Assembly: GCF_004010195.1 (NCBI RefSeq)
Contig: NC_057718.1
Coordinates: 73,492,234 to 73,556,233, forward strand
Length of the DNA stretch: 64,000 bases
Direction of reading: 5' to 3'
DNA from: Chiloscyllium plagiosum
Lineage: Eukaryota
In this document: one piece after another, positions 25,635-38,845 of the stretch
How the letters are laid out: the number at the start of each line of letters is the position of its first letter
Numbering within the stretch: the first letter of the stretch is position 1
Position numbers and translations under genes: made by a program
Notes under the pieces: model-generated
Databases searched by the model: none
Told to the model about the DNA's origin: nothing
The model's input: only the letters and a program-made list of their open reading frames with translations

Positions 25635-27160
25635 ATCTGTATGATTGTTCAAATAACAGCACCATTATTTAAGCCTAACTTGCACTATCTCAAAACATTT
25701 CAGCAGGTTGGCATTCATAAACATCTTCCTTACAGTAGATGCTGGTGCAGATTGACAGGCAGGAGAAGGCTAAGCATCAGTACACATGCTGTCATGGTCA
25801 TTCCAAAAGATGAGAGACTTAACAAACAATCCAGATCTTTTTCAATATATAATTTCAGTTCCAACACACTGTAAACTTTTGCTATAAATTCTGTGTCTTG
25901 CAATCTTATTCTTCACAATTACCTGATGAAGGAGCAGCGCTCCAAAAGTTAATGCTTCCAAATTAACCTGGTGTTGTGTGATTTTTAACTTTGTACACCC
26001 CAGACCAATACTGGCATCTCCAAATCAATCATCTGAGAGAGACAGCCATGAACAGTAGACACATAAATAATGTGGCTGGTGGGCTCTTGAGATAAAGTCC
26101 AATAGCTTATTTTCTTTACCAGTTTTGCTCTGATTCTCACCTCACAGAAATGTTACTCTCCCACTACATATAATAAAGGCATAGTTTCAGCAATTATTCA
26201 CCCGTCTTTACTTGCTGTTGTCACAGATCGTTAACCCTTCTTCAGTTCTTTCATTTTACTTATTGAAACTTTAGAGGACACCACAGTAAGAGGAAGAAAT
26301 AACTCCAGAACTCCATCACTGAACCTCACTTTCGAAAGCATCAGCTTAGAGATTACTACCCCTATAATTTACAATCTATAGTAGGGAGATCTTCACTGGA
26401 TGGACTTAACTCTTTGCAGTTAAAAATACAGCCACTTCACAAGCCCTTATTTGATGTTAAGCTCTCTTCCACCTTCTTTTATAAGTAAGGGAAAGTAGCT
26501 ACAAGAGAGTAACCTCATTTCTTGGCCATAGCACAGCATGTGTGATGAAGATTTTAAGAACCCAGCCTGAAGCAGTGAACTGTACAATGCAAACTTTTAA
26601 GTACATTGAGCAGACTGTCAATAATCTTCTATAATGTAACTGAAAGGGAATAGTTTCAACATCTATGGGGTCATTATGCATGGTATCTACACCTTTATAG
26701 TCAGTAATGGAGTATATGAATATTGCATTGATTGGACCCACAGTGAATTTTTGCAGATCTCCACTGATCATTCAGACTCCAATACGTTGGCTCTGGGCCC
26801 CAGCATGTCTACTGACTTGCAAAACATGTTTGAAATCATTCCACAACTCTTGTTCTCAGACAAACCAGCAAAATTGCTCAGTTACATTCATATTATCATG
26901 ACTTTGGCTCCAGAGCAATAAATGCTCATTGTGTGGTAGATGCAAAAGGTGTTTGATGAATCCAGCAATTAGGACCAAACTCTGAATGCTTTGGACAAAA
27001 GTGCTATACTTGTAGAACTCATTGTAGAGCAAACTTAAAGCATACTGCATTTTGTTATGAATGATTTAAAAAACCTGCTTTGAAAAGATGATATGCAAGA
27101 ATGAAAGTTGTATCCTGTCTCATCTTTTGTATCATTTGCAATGTAATGTAGTAGACTTGA
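25635..27160 (+). pseudogene. Possible eroded viral envelope/fusion glycoprotein remnant
   Basis: Frameshifted plus-strand translation with spaced Cys and N-glycosylation motifs: DCSNNST, MDLTLCS.KYSHF, AVNCTMQTF, GSLCMVSTP, TVNFCRSP; hydrophobic VVSCLIFCIICNV near 27105-27145. Confidence 0.35.
25860..26030 (+). mobile_element. Penelope-type terminal repeat fragment with hammerhead-like core
   Basis: CTGATGA-AGGAGC-AGC-GCTCC-AAAA at 25923-25947 (conserved GAAA decayed to AAAA). Confidence 0.6.
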
Positions 27161-28064
27161 AGGTCAATGGAGGGATATCTTTGGGAACTCTTGACTTTAT
27201 AAAGAGATGTATTTGATCTGAAGCTCGCATAGTACAATATAAAATGAAAAATTGGCATTTTTATTTCGACATTTTGCAACATACATAGTATTGCACAAAG
27301 GCTTGAAAGTTGGATGTGGCTCGGAATTTTTTGAGATAGATGAATTTGAATAAAGCAATAAAAACTTGTTTTTGCGTTACATGTATTGGGGAATTATAAC
27401 CTGCCCATTGAGTTTGAGTGTTGAGTGGGTGATGAAAACTGGATAAGTAGGCTCCAAAGGGATGTACATTGCCCATTCAAAATATGTTTATCTTTTAGTT
27501 TGAACAACATTTTAACTGTGTTTCAAAGTTAATTGGATGTCCATGAATTTGTGTAGGTTAGAGGGAGAGAATGGCACAGAAATAGATTATTCAGCTAAAC
27601 CTGTTTATTCTGGTGTGCATGCTCCATTTGGCTCTACTCCCATTTATCCTTTCTACTAGCTCCTGCTCAGTTGGTGGCACCTTGTCTCACAGTTGGAATC
27701 TTGTGAGTTAAAAGCCCTTACTAGAAACTGAGCATGATGATCAAGATTGCCAATTCAATGTCCTGACCAAGATTCAGCCCTTAATCAATTGCAGAAATTC
27801 AGATATTCTGGTTATGTTGTTGCTTTTGGGAACTTGCTGTTCACAACTTGCTGCTGCAATGCTTACATTTCAACAGTAATCACTTCAAAAGTAATTCTTA
27901 GTTGCGTATTCTTTGGAATGTCTAATGGTGTTGTATAAATGATAATCTAATTTTTTTTCTCATATTCTAACACTGTTGTTTCTCACTCATATACCTATCT
28001 AGATTTCCTTCATTACATTTATACTGTTATCCACTATTACTTGAATTGCTAGTGTGTTTCATAA

Positions 28065-28565
28065 GTAGACAAGCAGGAGACTGGAAGAACATAGCAAGCC
28101 AGGCAGCATCAGGAGGTGAAGAAGTCAACGTTTCAGGTATAACACTTCTTCAGGAATGGAGGTGGGGTAGGGGGAGCTGCAGATAAAGAGAGGGGGGCAG
28201 GGTTATGAGTGGGGAGAGGAGGGAATGGTGAGGTTTAGATAAGTGAACACAGGTCGAGGGTACTACCTGGTTGGTCAATAGGAGGAATGTATCCGGTTGG
28301 TAGCTGGAAGGAAGGATCGGTAGGATGTATGAGAGGGAAGAGGTGGGACTGGAGAGGAAGTCGGGGAATGGATGGGAAGATTATTTGAAATTGGAGAACT
28401 CAGTGTTGAGTCCTCCGTGCTGTAGGCAGCCCAGCTGGAAGATGAGGTGTTGTTCCTCCAATTTGTGGTCTGATTCACTGTGGCAAGGGAGGAGGCCAAG
28501 GATGGACATGTCGGAGTGGGACTGGGAGATCAGGCTGGCCCTTATGGCCTAGCTGAGATGCTCGA
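28065..28565 (-). mobile_element. Penelope-like element 3' fragment (GIY-YIG C-terminus plus terminal repeat)
   Basis: Minus translation KLEEQHLIFQLGCLQHGGLNTEFSNF; downstream CTGAAGA..GAAACGTT motif at 28153-28126. Confidence 0.8.
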
Positions 28566-29090
28566 TGAAATGTATCCCATATTCGCATTACTTACTAGAT
28601 AAAGAAGTTTCTTTAGAAACTCCTACTTCATGCTTTTGTAACTATTTTATATTTACTTTACTCTTTTCTACAAATGGGAACAGTTTTTCTGTATTATATC
28701 AAAGATTCTCAATTTTGAAGACCCTTACTGGTCTCCCCAGCCTTCTCTTTTAACAGAAAAAAACACAATCTGTTCATCCATTCTTAATAGGTGTAAAAAA
28801 AACTTAACACTTCAGAATCATTTTTATAGTTATTGTTTATACCATTGATAGTGCCTTTTATATCTTTTTTAAATAGCATGTTATAATACAACAGCAATAC
28901 TTACAATTGTGGTTAAATTGAATTTTGATACAAGTTTAGCATAATCTCTCTACTTTTCATATCTGTCAGCTGGAATAGTCTTTGTCATGGCTTTATTGAC
29001 CTGTGTCCCAACTACTTTTATCTTTGTACTCGCAAAGTTCCTTTGCTTTTCCACCCTGTTTAAATTCTAATTTTCCAAATAATAGGTGAC

Positions 29091-32000
29091 TGAATTGGAT
29101 GAGCCAAAGGGCCAAAGGTTAATGATGATATTCGACAGCTGCATGAGGAAATAGATTGTACAGGTCTGAAATTGTTGATGATACTTGACAAGCTGTATGA
29201 CCTTGAATGAGACGGCAGCTGCAGCTTGTTTGGTCTTTTGTATCTGTACCAGCAAGTAGTTTTGTCTTCTTTCTTTCTGTGCTGGTTGTTTTTTGCCACG
29301 TCATTGGAGTTTAACTCGGACCAGAATTGTGAATGGTGCCAGGTACAACCTTAGTCTGCAGAGCAGCTGTCAATTGAGGGATTCCCAATGTGGAGGAGGG
29401 TGTGAGGCTCATTACTTTCTTTTCCTTCCTTTTCCATTTTTAAATTACTTAATAGATGTTCATTCTTCAATCTTGTATTTTTCCTTCCTTTTCCATTGTT
29501 TATTATTACTTAATAAATGGTCATATTTAAGCAAATTGGTATTGTTGAGTGTTGCCCAAATCTGAAAGGAACCACTTGGATACACCCTTAATCCAAGACA
29601 TTTTTAGTGATGAGGATGCAATTTGGGAAAATGTGTAAGAGAAGGGAAAAGCAACTAGATGCTCCAAAGTCCCTCCATACTCCGGGATGGAATGTGGCAG
29701 ACTCTAGATTCAGGTCTGTAGCTAATATGTTAGCACAATTCAGACCCCCAAAAGGATGGGATCATAACCAGAGCAAGACAAAACTGGAGGCCAGCTTTCT
29801 GTGCTGTGCAAGTACACTGACCCTTGTAGAAATGTTAACTGTTTGTGGTCTGGCTTGAACGTGCTTTTGTTTGTTGGTTGCGAAATGTTGGTCTTGTAAA
29901 ATTAATGTGGTTTTTGTGCCCTGGAGATCAAGACCTAGGGATACTTTGAAATTAGTTTGTATTTTGGAAATGTATGGTGATTTGAATGTGTGTTGTGTGT
30001 CTGCATCAGTGTGGGACATATATGGTTAATGTAATATCCTTTTATGAATCTATCAATGGTTATCTAAAGCAAAGATCTGTAAAATGTTGATTCAAAAATT
30101 TGGTTTGTAAAGCTTTGTAGAATTTTACCTTTTTGAATTAGCTCTGTGCTGTGTTTGAACTTGGGTAAATTTTAATTCTAGAAATTACCAAGTTTGGAAT
30201 TTCATTTTCTGACCATAGTAAACTTCCAAATATTGTTTTAAGCAAGTGAAGCTTTAATGCCGGATGATAAGATTGATTCATTGTTAATATCCAAGTGGTA
30301 GGGACATTGGAATGTTGAAAATGCAACTCTCCATGTGTGTAAAGTTTAGGAAAGGCAAATTTAACAAATGGGTGGGCTTTTCCTTCCTTCAAGGAGGAGG
30401 AGAGACGGATGAAGTAATTCCATGTAAGAGTTTACGCCCCATGCCCTTTTTTGAATCTGTATTAGATTAATACTAATTAACCCATTCTGCTTGACGTGGA
30501 GTGAATGGAGCTTGTTTTTTTTTTAGAAATTAGAGGCACTGAAGGCTGAACCCATTTACAGGCATTCAATTTAGCAACACAGCCATTTATCAATAATACA
30601 TCTTGGTGTTGAGGAAGTACTGTGGAAATATTAATTGTCGTGAGTACGTGAGTATCAGGAATCTTGAAACCACTGAGCCTGGGTACACTTAAGCACATCA
30701 TGACAAAAACTATACTAAGACTCACATGCCCTGGTATTCTAAAACATTTAAATGAAATACTCACCTGAAAATTTTAAGGGATTCTGGGAAATGATGTTGT
30801 GCATGCACATGGTCTCAATAGTTTCAATGCATAGTGAATTTGAGAGAGTAAACACAATATTGAATTTGGACAAATTTGCATACAGATATATCAAATATCT
30901 AGAACAAGTTATCAAGTAACTTTTAAAAAAGTGTGGGCCATCTTAGCGAAAGAGCAAACAAAGTATATTGTGCCTAAATCAAACAGAAATATTTGACTTC
31001 TATTTTAAAATATTGAAAGATTATATTCCCTGGACTCCAACTCTCTATGTATCTCTGGAACTAAACATGGTAGTAATAGTGAAGTTGCAAAATTGGATGA
31101 GATGAAGTAATTGAGAGTGGAGACCAGTGGCAGAAGACAAAAAAAATTTGAATAACGGGTTGAAATGGCAATGAAGGTTAAAATGCATTTTAGTGAAAAG
31201 GAAGTTTAAATGAGAGCACCAAACTGATTTCTTTCTCTTGGTGATGTTTGTGTCCTTGTTTTTCTTTTTAAGAAAAATTGAATTGGTGATCAAGCCACTA
31301 CCTGAGGAATTGAGACCATACATGGAGAGATAAGTGAAATTTCATAGATCATTTGATGAGATCATATGGGAGTCAAGAATGTGTGATATGGTTTTGTGAC
31401 ACCAACGTAAATGTGCAAAAGTGAATGTTACCTCAGAAATAATAAATATGAGGCAGTACAGAAAAAAACATGTACTGAAGAACACGTCTCAGACATGTAC
31501 ACTTACCTGACAAAAGGGTTAGTGGCCTTGGAGAGCACAAAAACATAGTTTAAACGATATGACATTAACACAAAGTCCATCGAGAAATTTACTTTAAAAC
31601 AATGAGAGCTGTATTGCTTGATACCATGTATATTGCAGCTTAAAAGGGGGCAACCTGCATTTGGAGATTGTACCATTGAGTGATAACTATTATTCATAAA
31701 ATTGTCAAGGAGGGAAACATATTGAAGAAGTATCCTCAAGATTGACACAGATGAAGGGAGCTGGAGAGATTTTGAGTCCATGTGTGATGTTATTTTACCA
31801 TTATTGGGTGAAATGCTCTGCAGATAGGGACTTGGAGGATAAGAAATCTGAATCAGTAATTAGAATTAAAGTGCACAGAAAGATCCATGTGCCAGAACAA
31901 AAAGGGATTGACGAACGGCTAACTAGTCTGGCACACTTTTTTTTCTCTCTCTGTCTTTCAGCTTTTGAGAGCCCTCAGCAGGAATGGGATCCACCACCCC

Positions 32001-32507
32001 AGGGTAGGAGCTGGGTTATATTAAGATCATATATGTCACGCGGTATGTGATGCAACCGCGTGACAAGTTGCATGACCTTGAATGAGTCAGCAGCTGCAGC
32101 TTATTTTGTCTTCTGTATCTGTAAGTAAGTAGCTTTGTCTTCTGTCTTAGTGTGCTGGTTGTTTGTTATACTATATAAGAGAGAGAGTTTTGTTCCATGT
32201 CATTGGACTTCAACTCCGACCAGAACCATGAATGGTGCCAGGAACAACCTAAGCCTCCAGAGCAGCCATGGATTGAGAGGTCCCCAATGTGCAGGCGGGT
32301 TTGAAGCTTATTGCTTTCTTTTCCTACCTTTTCTATTTTTTAAATTACTTAATAGGTGTTCATACTTCAGTCTTTTATTTTTCCTCCCTTTTCCATCTTC
32401 TATTATTACTCAATAAAATGGTCATATTTAAGCAAATTGGTCTTGTTGAGTGTTGTCTTAAATACATTTGAGCGAAACTGAAAGGAACCACTTTGTGATC
32501 CAAGACA
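29091..32507 (+). mobile_element. Non-autonomous LTR retroelement/ERV with two LTRs, PBS and 5-bp TSD
   Basis: Direct repeats 29186-29600 and 32061-32507 both end CCAAGACA; GTGAC flanks both ends (29086-29090, 32508-32512); TAGTGATGAGGATG at 29605-29618 resembles the tRNA-Ser(GCU) PBS TGGCGACGAGGATG; purine tract at ~31899-31907; AATAAA at 29512 and 32412. Confidence 0.85.
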
Positions 32508-33249
32508 GTGACCTTAATTTTTTTTCAGTGCTATGTTTATCTATGTTTAAAAGTATTTTGTCCATTATATGTCCTTTCCTCACATTTATTGATGTCCTTT
32601 TTTAAATTTATTGCATTATCCCTCAGTGTTGACTATCCCATCCTATTCAGTATCATACACAAATTTAGAAATTATGATTTTGATTCCAAAGTGTAACTCA
32701 TTAATGTAACTTAGGAATGACAGTGGTCCCAGCACTGATTGTGTGAGACTCAATGTCCCATATTTTGTCACTTTAACCACAAAACTTTACCCCTCTTCTC
32801 TGCTTTCTGTCTTTCAGCCAACCAGCTCTCCATTCTACTAATTGTCCCTTGATGCAGCATGCCTTATTCTTTGAGGTACGTTACCCTATCTAGCTATATA
32901 ACATGGACTGCATCACTCTTGTCTTCTCACCCTGTTAGCTCTTCATGAGGTTGAATTCAATGAGGTATGTCAAACATGACTTTCCATTTTGAAATCCATA
33001 TTGACTATTCATTCTTAAATCTCTGGGGTTTTGATGTTTTTCTCTGTTTTCTGCATTAAGCTATAGTCTTTATTCATCTGGGCATTTTCCATATCTTCTT
33101 TCTTAAAATAGAGATATGGGGCTGGATTCTCTCAAACTTGTAAAATTGGCAGACAAGACCCAGATCCAAATGTCTTGCCCCATTTTTGACAGATGCTATT
33201 TTTGCTGGACAAGATAGTGGAAATGAGGTCAATATATCATAGAATCATC

Positions 33250-33600
33250 ATAGAATTCCTACAATTTAGAAACAGGCCCTTCGGCCCAGCAAGTCCACAA
33301 TCACCCTCCAAAGAGTAACCCACCCAGACCCATTTCCCTACCCTATTATCCTATATTTACCCCTGACTAATGCACCTAACCTACACATCTCCAAACACTA
33401 AGGGCAATTTAGCCTGGCCAACTCACCTAGCTTGCACATCTTTGGATTATGGGAGGAAGCCAGAGCACCCAGAGGAAACCCACGTAGATATGGATAGAAT
33501 GTGAAAACTCCACACAGACAGTCGCATGAGACTGGAATCAAACCTGGGTCCCTGGTGCTGTGAGGCACTCGTCCGAACTACTGAGCCATCGTATTGTCCC
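33250..33600 (-). mobile_element. HE1-like SINE
   Basis: Reverse complement of HE1 core and tail. Confidence 0.88.
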
Positions 33601-34339
33601 ATGACTCATGAATGTGGGAAATTAGAACTCAGCAGTGTTGGATTCAAACAGACCCTGTTTTTACCAGAACAAAGACATGATTCTATAGCATGGGAGTAAT
33701 TTTTTTTTGGACTCCTCGTGAATGCTCTTGACGGGTGTATCTAGCTTATAGGATACACCCGGGTGTATCTAGCTTATATACTGTCAAGTTAAGTTATTTA
33801 AAGGACTAACCATTTAAATTTTTTTTTAATTGTCTCTTGTGAGAGTAGAAATATTCTGTTCTGGAAATTTCAATTGCTGTTAGTTGATATAATCTCAAGT
33901 TCTGTCATTACAGTGCTTGGGTGTTTTCTACATTCTATCATTATCACAGTGGTGGTTTATAAAGTCATAATTTGGTTGATAGCTCAATGGGGTTATTTAA
34001 GGATCTTCTCTCTTTGATATGATATCATGAATATTTTTTTGTAAATGATTAGGTACTTAAAGTAACTTAAATATATTTAATGATCTTTCATGAATGTAGT
34101 GTTTTATATAGTGAAATTCTTAGATATTTACAACTTACTTTTGTTTCACCCCTGCATGACTTCTTCAGTTTACACAAGTTGAATCTCTTCTCCTACTAAA
34201 TCTCTTCCCATGTATCCCATCTCCTCCACCTGGGCACCGCCCCCAACCCCCCTCCCCCCCCCCATCCTCTCTTGAACCCCTGATACTTTTCCTCTGAGCT
34301 ATTCCTCTGCTGTTGAACACTTTGAGACTGAAGTCACTA

Positions 34340-34720
34340 ATTGAAATCTTTTGCTAGCTAATCCAACTTGAACTCAATCTTGGATGCAACTTTAATTTTA
34401 TCATTAAGCTAACTGTTTTTGCTATTGCCATCTCAGTGCTTCAATGTTGACATTTCCATTGTCATTTGAACTGATTGTTAATGAGCCTGTCAATGTCTTG
34501 ATGTATTTCTTTGTTCTGGTTATGCGGTCAGTGTTGTCTGCATACCTTAGATTTTATATCCTATGATCTCCTGTAATACAGACACATTGCTTTGGTAACT
34601 CTTCCTGCACCACCTTCATTATCTTCTGTCCCACAGCATTACATGGTATGGATGACAGAAGACAACCCTGTTTAACTCTCTCTTCAAACTGGAGCTTGTT
34701 GTATGGCCAACTTTGGGAAC
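34340..34720 (-). mobile_element. RTE-clade LINE RT fragment
   Basis: Minus translation RVKQGCLLSS...NLRYADNT. Confidence 0.65.
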
Positions 34721-35685
34721 TGCTGAATTACTTTTGTAAAGCTCCTGTATTAGCCATGAGATGTTTTGGTACAACAACAGTTTGTGTATAAGCAGCACAT
34801 TTAGAAAATCATAATCTAATCAAGCATAGCCAGCATGGCCTCATGAAAGAGAAATGGTGTCTGACTAATTTATTAAGAGTTTTTCAAGCAAGTCTCAACC
34901 AGAGTGGATAGTGGGGAACCAGTAGATCTGTTGTATTTAGACTTCCAGTGGGTGTTTGACAATATACCTCACAAAAGATTAAATTATAAGATAAAAGCTC
35001 ATGGTGCTAGAGGTAGTATATTGGCATGAATAAAGAATTGGTTAATGAGCAGAAAACAACAACCGGGGATAAAAGGTTCTTTTACATGTTAGCAATCTGT
35101 AACTAGTGGATTTCCACAGTGAGTGATGCTGGGACGGCAACTGTTTACAATTTATATTAATGACTTGGAGGAGGGAAATGAATACTCTGTAGCCAAATTT
35201 GCAAATGACAGAAATAAGTAGAAAAGCAAGTTGCAAGAAGGATGCTAATAGTTTACAGAGAGATAGTGATTGATAGGTTAAGTAAGTGAACAAAATGTTG
35301 GCAAATGGAGTATAATGTGGGAAAATTTAAAATTGTTCATTTTGGAAGGGAGAATAAAAGAATAGAATATTATTTAAATGACAAAAAGCTGCAAAAGGCT
35401 GCAACACAAAGGGACTTGGGGGTACTTGTGCATGAAACACAGAAAGCTAGCACAGAAGTGAAGTGGGTAATCAGGAAGGCGATTGGAAAGTTGGGCCTTA
35501 TTTCAAGGGGTTTGGAATATTAAAGTAGTGCTACTGCATGAGGTGATGGTGAGACCACATCCATTCTACCGTGAGCAGTTTTGTTACCTTTATTTAAGCA
35601 AAGGTATAATTTCATTGGATGCAGTTCAGAGAAGGTTCCTGAGGGTGATCCCTGTAAGGATTGTCTTATGAGCAAAATCAAAATA

Positions 35686-35880
35686 GATTAGATTAGATTT
35701 CCCTACAGTGTGGAAACAGGCCCTTCAGCCCAACAAGTCCACACCAACACTCCGAAGAGCAACCCACCCAGATCCAGCCCCATCTGACTAATGCACCTAA
35801 CACTATGGACAATTTAGCGTGGCCAATTCACCTGACCCGCACATCTTTGGACTATGGGAGGAAACTGGAGCACCCAGAAA
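35686..35880 (-). mobile_element. HE1-like SINE 3' fragment
   Basis: (TAGAT)n tail plus reverse complement of HE1 core. Confidence 0.85.
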
Positions 35881-38518
35881 AATAGGTTAGAACTCTACTC
35901 ACTGGAGTTTAAAAGAATAAGAGGTGATCTAATTGAAACATATAGACGACTTAAGGGTCTTGACAGAGTACATGTACTGACAGGATTTTTCCTTTCATGG
36001 GAGAGTATAGGAACAGAGGGCATAGACTCCTGAAAAAGGGTGGTGCAAAATTAACATTGAGAAGGAGGAATTTCTTCTTTCAGAGAGTTTTACGTCTTTG
36101 GAACTCCTTGGAAAGAGAGCTGTGGGGGCAGAGTCCTTGTCTATATTTAAGACTGAACAAAGAACCTTACAGCACAGGAACCTCCAGCTATGGACCTCCG
36201 AGCCTGCACCAATCCAGATCCTCTATCTAAACCTGTCACCTATTTTCTCAAGATCTGTATCCCTTTGCTCCCTGCCCATTCATGTATCTGTCTAGATACA
36301 TCTTAAATGAGGCTATCATTCCCACCCCTACCACCTCCACCACACTCCAACGCATTCCAGGCACCCACCACACTCTGCGAGAAGAACTTTCCCCATATAT
36401 CTCCCCTAAACTTTTCCCCCCTCACTTTGACCCCGTGACCCCTAGTAATTGAATCCTCTGCTTTGGGAAAAAGTTTCTTGCTATCCATCCAGTCTACACC
36501 TCTCATGATTTTATAGGCCTCAATCAAGTCCACCCTCAACCTCCTTCTTTCCAATGAAAATAAACCTAATCTACTCAATCTTTCCTCATAGCTAGCACTC
36601 GTCATACCAGGCAACATTCTGGTGAAACTCTTCTGCTCGCTCTCCAAAGCATCCACATCCTTTTGGTAATATGACCACCAAAACTCTACGCAGTATTATA
36701 AATGTGGCCGAAACAAAGTCTTATAAAACTGTAACATGACCTGCCAACTCTTGTACTCAATACCCCGACTGATGAAAGAAAGCATGCCGTGTATCTTCTT
36801 GACCACTCGACTGACTTGCGTTTCTACCTTTAGGGAACAATGGACCTGAACACCCAGATCTCTCTGTACATCAATTTTCCCCGGGACTTTTCCATTTACT
36901 GTATAGTTTGCTCTGGATTTACATCTTTCAAAATGCATCACCTTTTATTTGTCCAGGTTGAACTCCATCTGCCATTTCTCTACCCAACTCTCCAATCTAT
37001 CTATATTCTGCTGTATTCTCTGACTGTCCCCTTCACTACCTGCTACTCCAGAAATCTTAGTGTCATCTATAAACTTGCTAACGAGGCAACCTACATGTTC
37101 TTCCTGATCATTTATGCATAGCACAAACAGTGGTCCCAGCCCGGATCCCTGTGGGACTCCACTGGCCACAGGTCTCCATTTTGAGAAGCTCCCTTCCACT
37201 ACTACTCTCTGTCTCCTGTTCTATCCTTCTAGCTAGAACACCCTGGACCTTATGCTACTTCACCTTCTTCATCAGCTTACCATGAGGAACTTTATCAAAT
37301 GCCTTACTAAAGTCCATGTATGTGACATCTACATCCCTTCACTCATCATTCAACTTCGTTATCTCTTCAAAGAATTCTATTAGATTTGTAAGACATGACC
37401 TTCCCTGCACAAAACCATGCTTCCTATCATTGATCAGCCCATTTTCTTCCAAATGGGTATATATCCTATCTCTTAGTATCTTCGCCAGTAGTTTCCCTAC
37501 CAGTGACGTCAAACTCACAGATTTGTAATTACTTGGATTCTCCCTGTGACCCTTCTTAAACAAGGAAATCTCCCCCATATTAGCAATTTTCCAGTCCTCT
37601 GGGACCTCCCCCATATTCAAGGATGGCGCAAAGATATCTGTTATAGCCCAAGCTTGCTTCTCTTGCTTCCCTAAGTAACCTGGGATAGATCCCATTCGGA
37701 CCTGGAGACTTGTCCACTTTAATGCCTTTTAGAATACACACACTTGCTCTCTCCTTATGCCGACTTGACCGAGATGAATTAAAGATCCATCCCTAACCTT
37801 AACATCCACCATGTCCCTCTCCTCGGTGAATACTGATGGAAAGTACTCATTAAGAATCTCACCCATTTTCTATGACTTCACGCATATCTTTCCTCCTTTG
37901 TCCTTGAATAGGACAACCCTTTCCCTAGTTACCCTCTTGCTCCTTATATATGAATAAAAGGTTTGGGGGTTTTCCTTAACCCTGCTCGCTAAGGATATCT
38001 CATGATTCCTTTTAGCCCTCTTAATTCCTCGTTTCAGATTGGTCCTATTTTCCCGATAATCTTTCAAGGCTTTGTCTGTCTTCAGTCACCTAGACCTAGA
38101 CCTTATGTACGTATCCTTTTTTCCTTTTAACTGGTCTCTCAATTTCACCTGTCATCCATGATTTTCTAATCTTGCCGTTTCTATCCCTCATTTTCACAGG
38201 AACGTATCTCTCCTGAACTCTAATCAACCTCGCTTTAAAAGCCTCCCACATATCGAATCTGGATTTCCCTTCAAACAGCTGCTCCCAATCTACGTTCCCC
38301 AACTCCTGCCAAATTTTGGTATAGTTGGCCTTCCCCCAGTTTAGCTTGTCTCCTTTAGGACCACTCTCACCTTTGTCCATGAGTATCTTAAAACTTATGG
38401 AATTGTGATCACTATTACCGAAGTAATCTCCTACTGAAACTTCAACCATCTGGCCGGTCTCATTTCCCAACACCAGGTCGAGTATGGACCTCACGTTTTG
38501 GACTATTTACATACTGCT

Positions 38519-38845
38519 CAGCACAGTGGCTCAGCAGTTGGCACCTCTGCCTCACAGTGCCAGGGACACATTCAATTCCTGCCTCGGGCGACTGTCAGTA
38601 TGGAGTTTGCACATTCTACTCATGTCTGCATGGATTTCCTCCAGATGCTTTGGTTTCCTCCCACCAGCCAAAGATGTGCAAGTTTGGTGAATTGGCCGTG
38701 CTAAATTGCCTGTAGTGTTAGGTGCATTAGTCAGGGCTAAATATAGGGTAGGGGAATGGGTCTGGGTGTGTTACTCTTCAGAGGGTCAGTGTGTACTTGT
38801 TGGGCTGAAGGGCCTGTTTTCATACTGTAGGGAATCCATTCTAAA
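38519..38845 (+). mobile_element. HE1-like SINE nested in the minus-strand CR1
   Basis: A/B-box remnants, HE1 core and tail. Confidence 0.85.
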
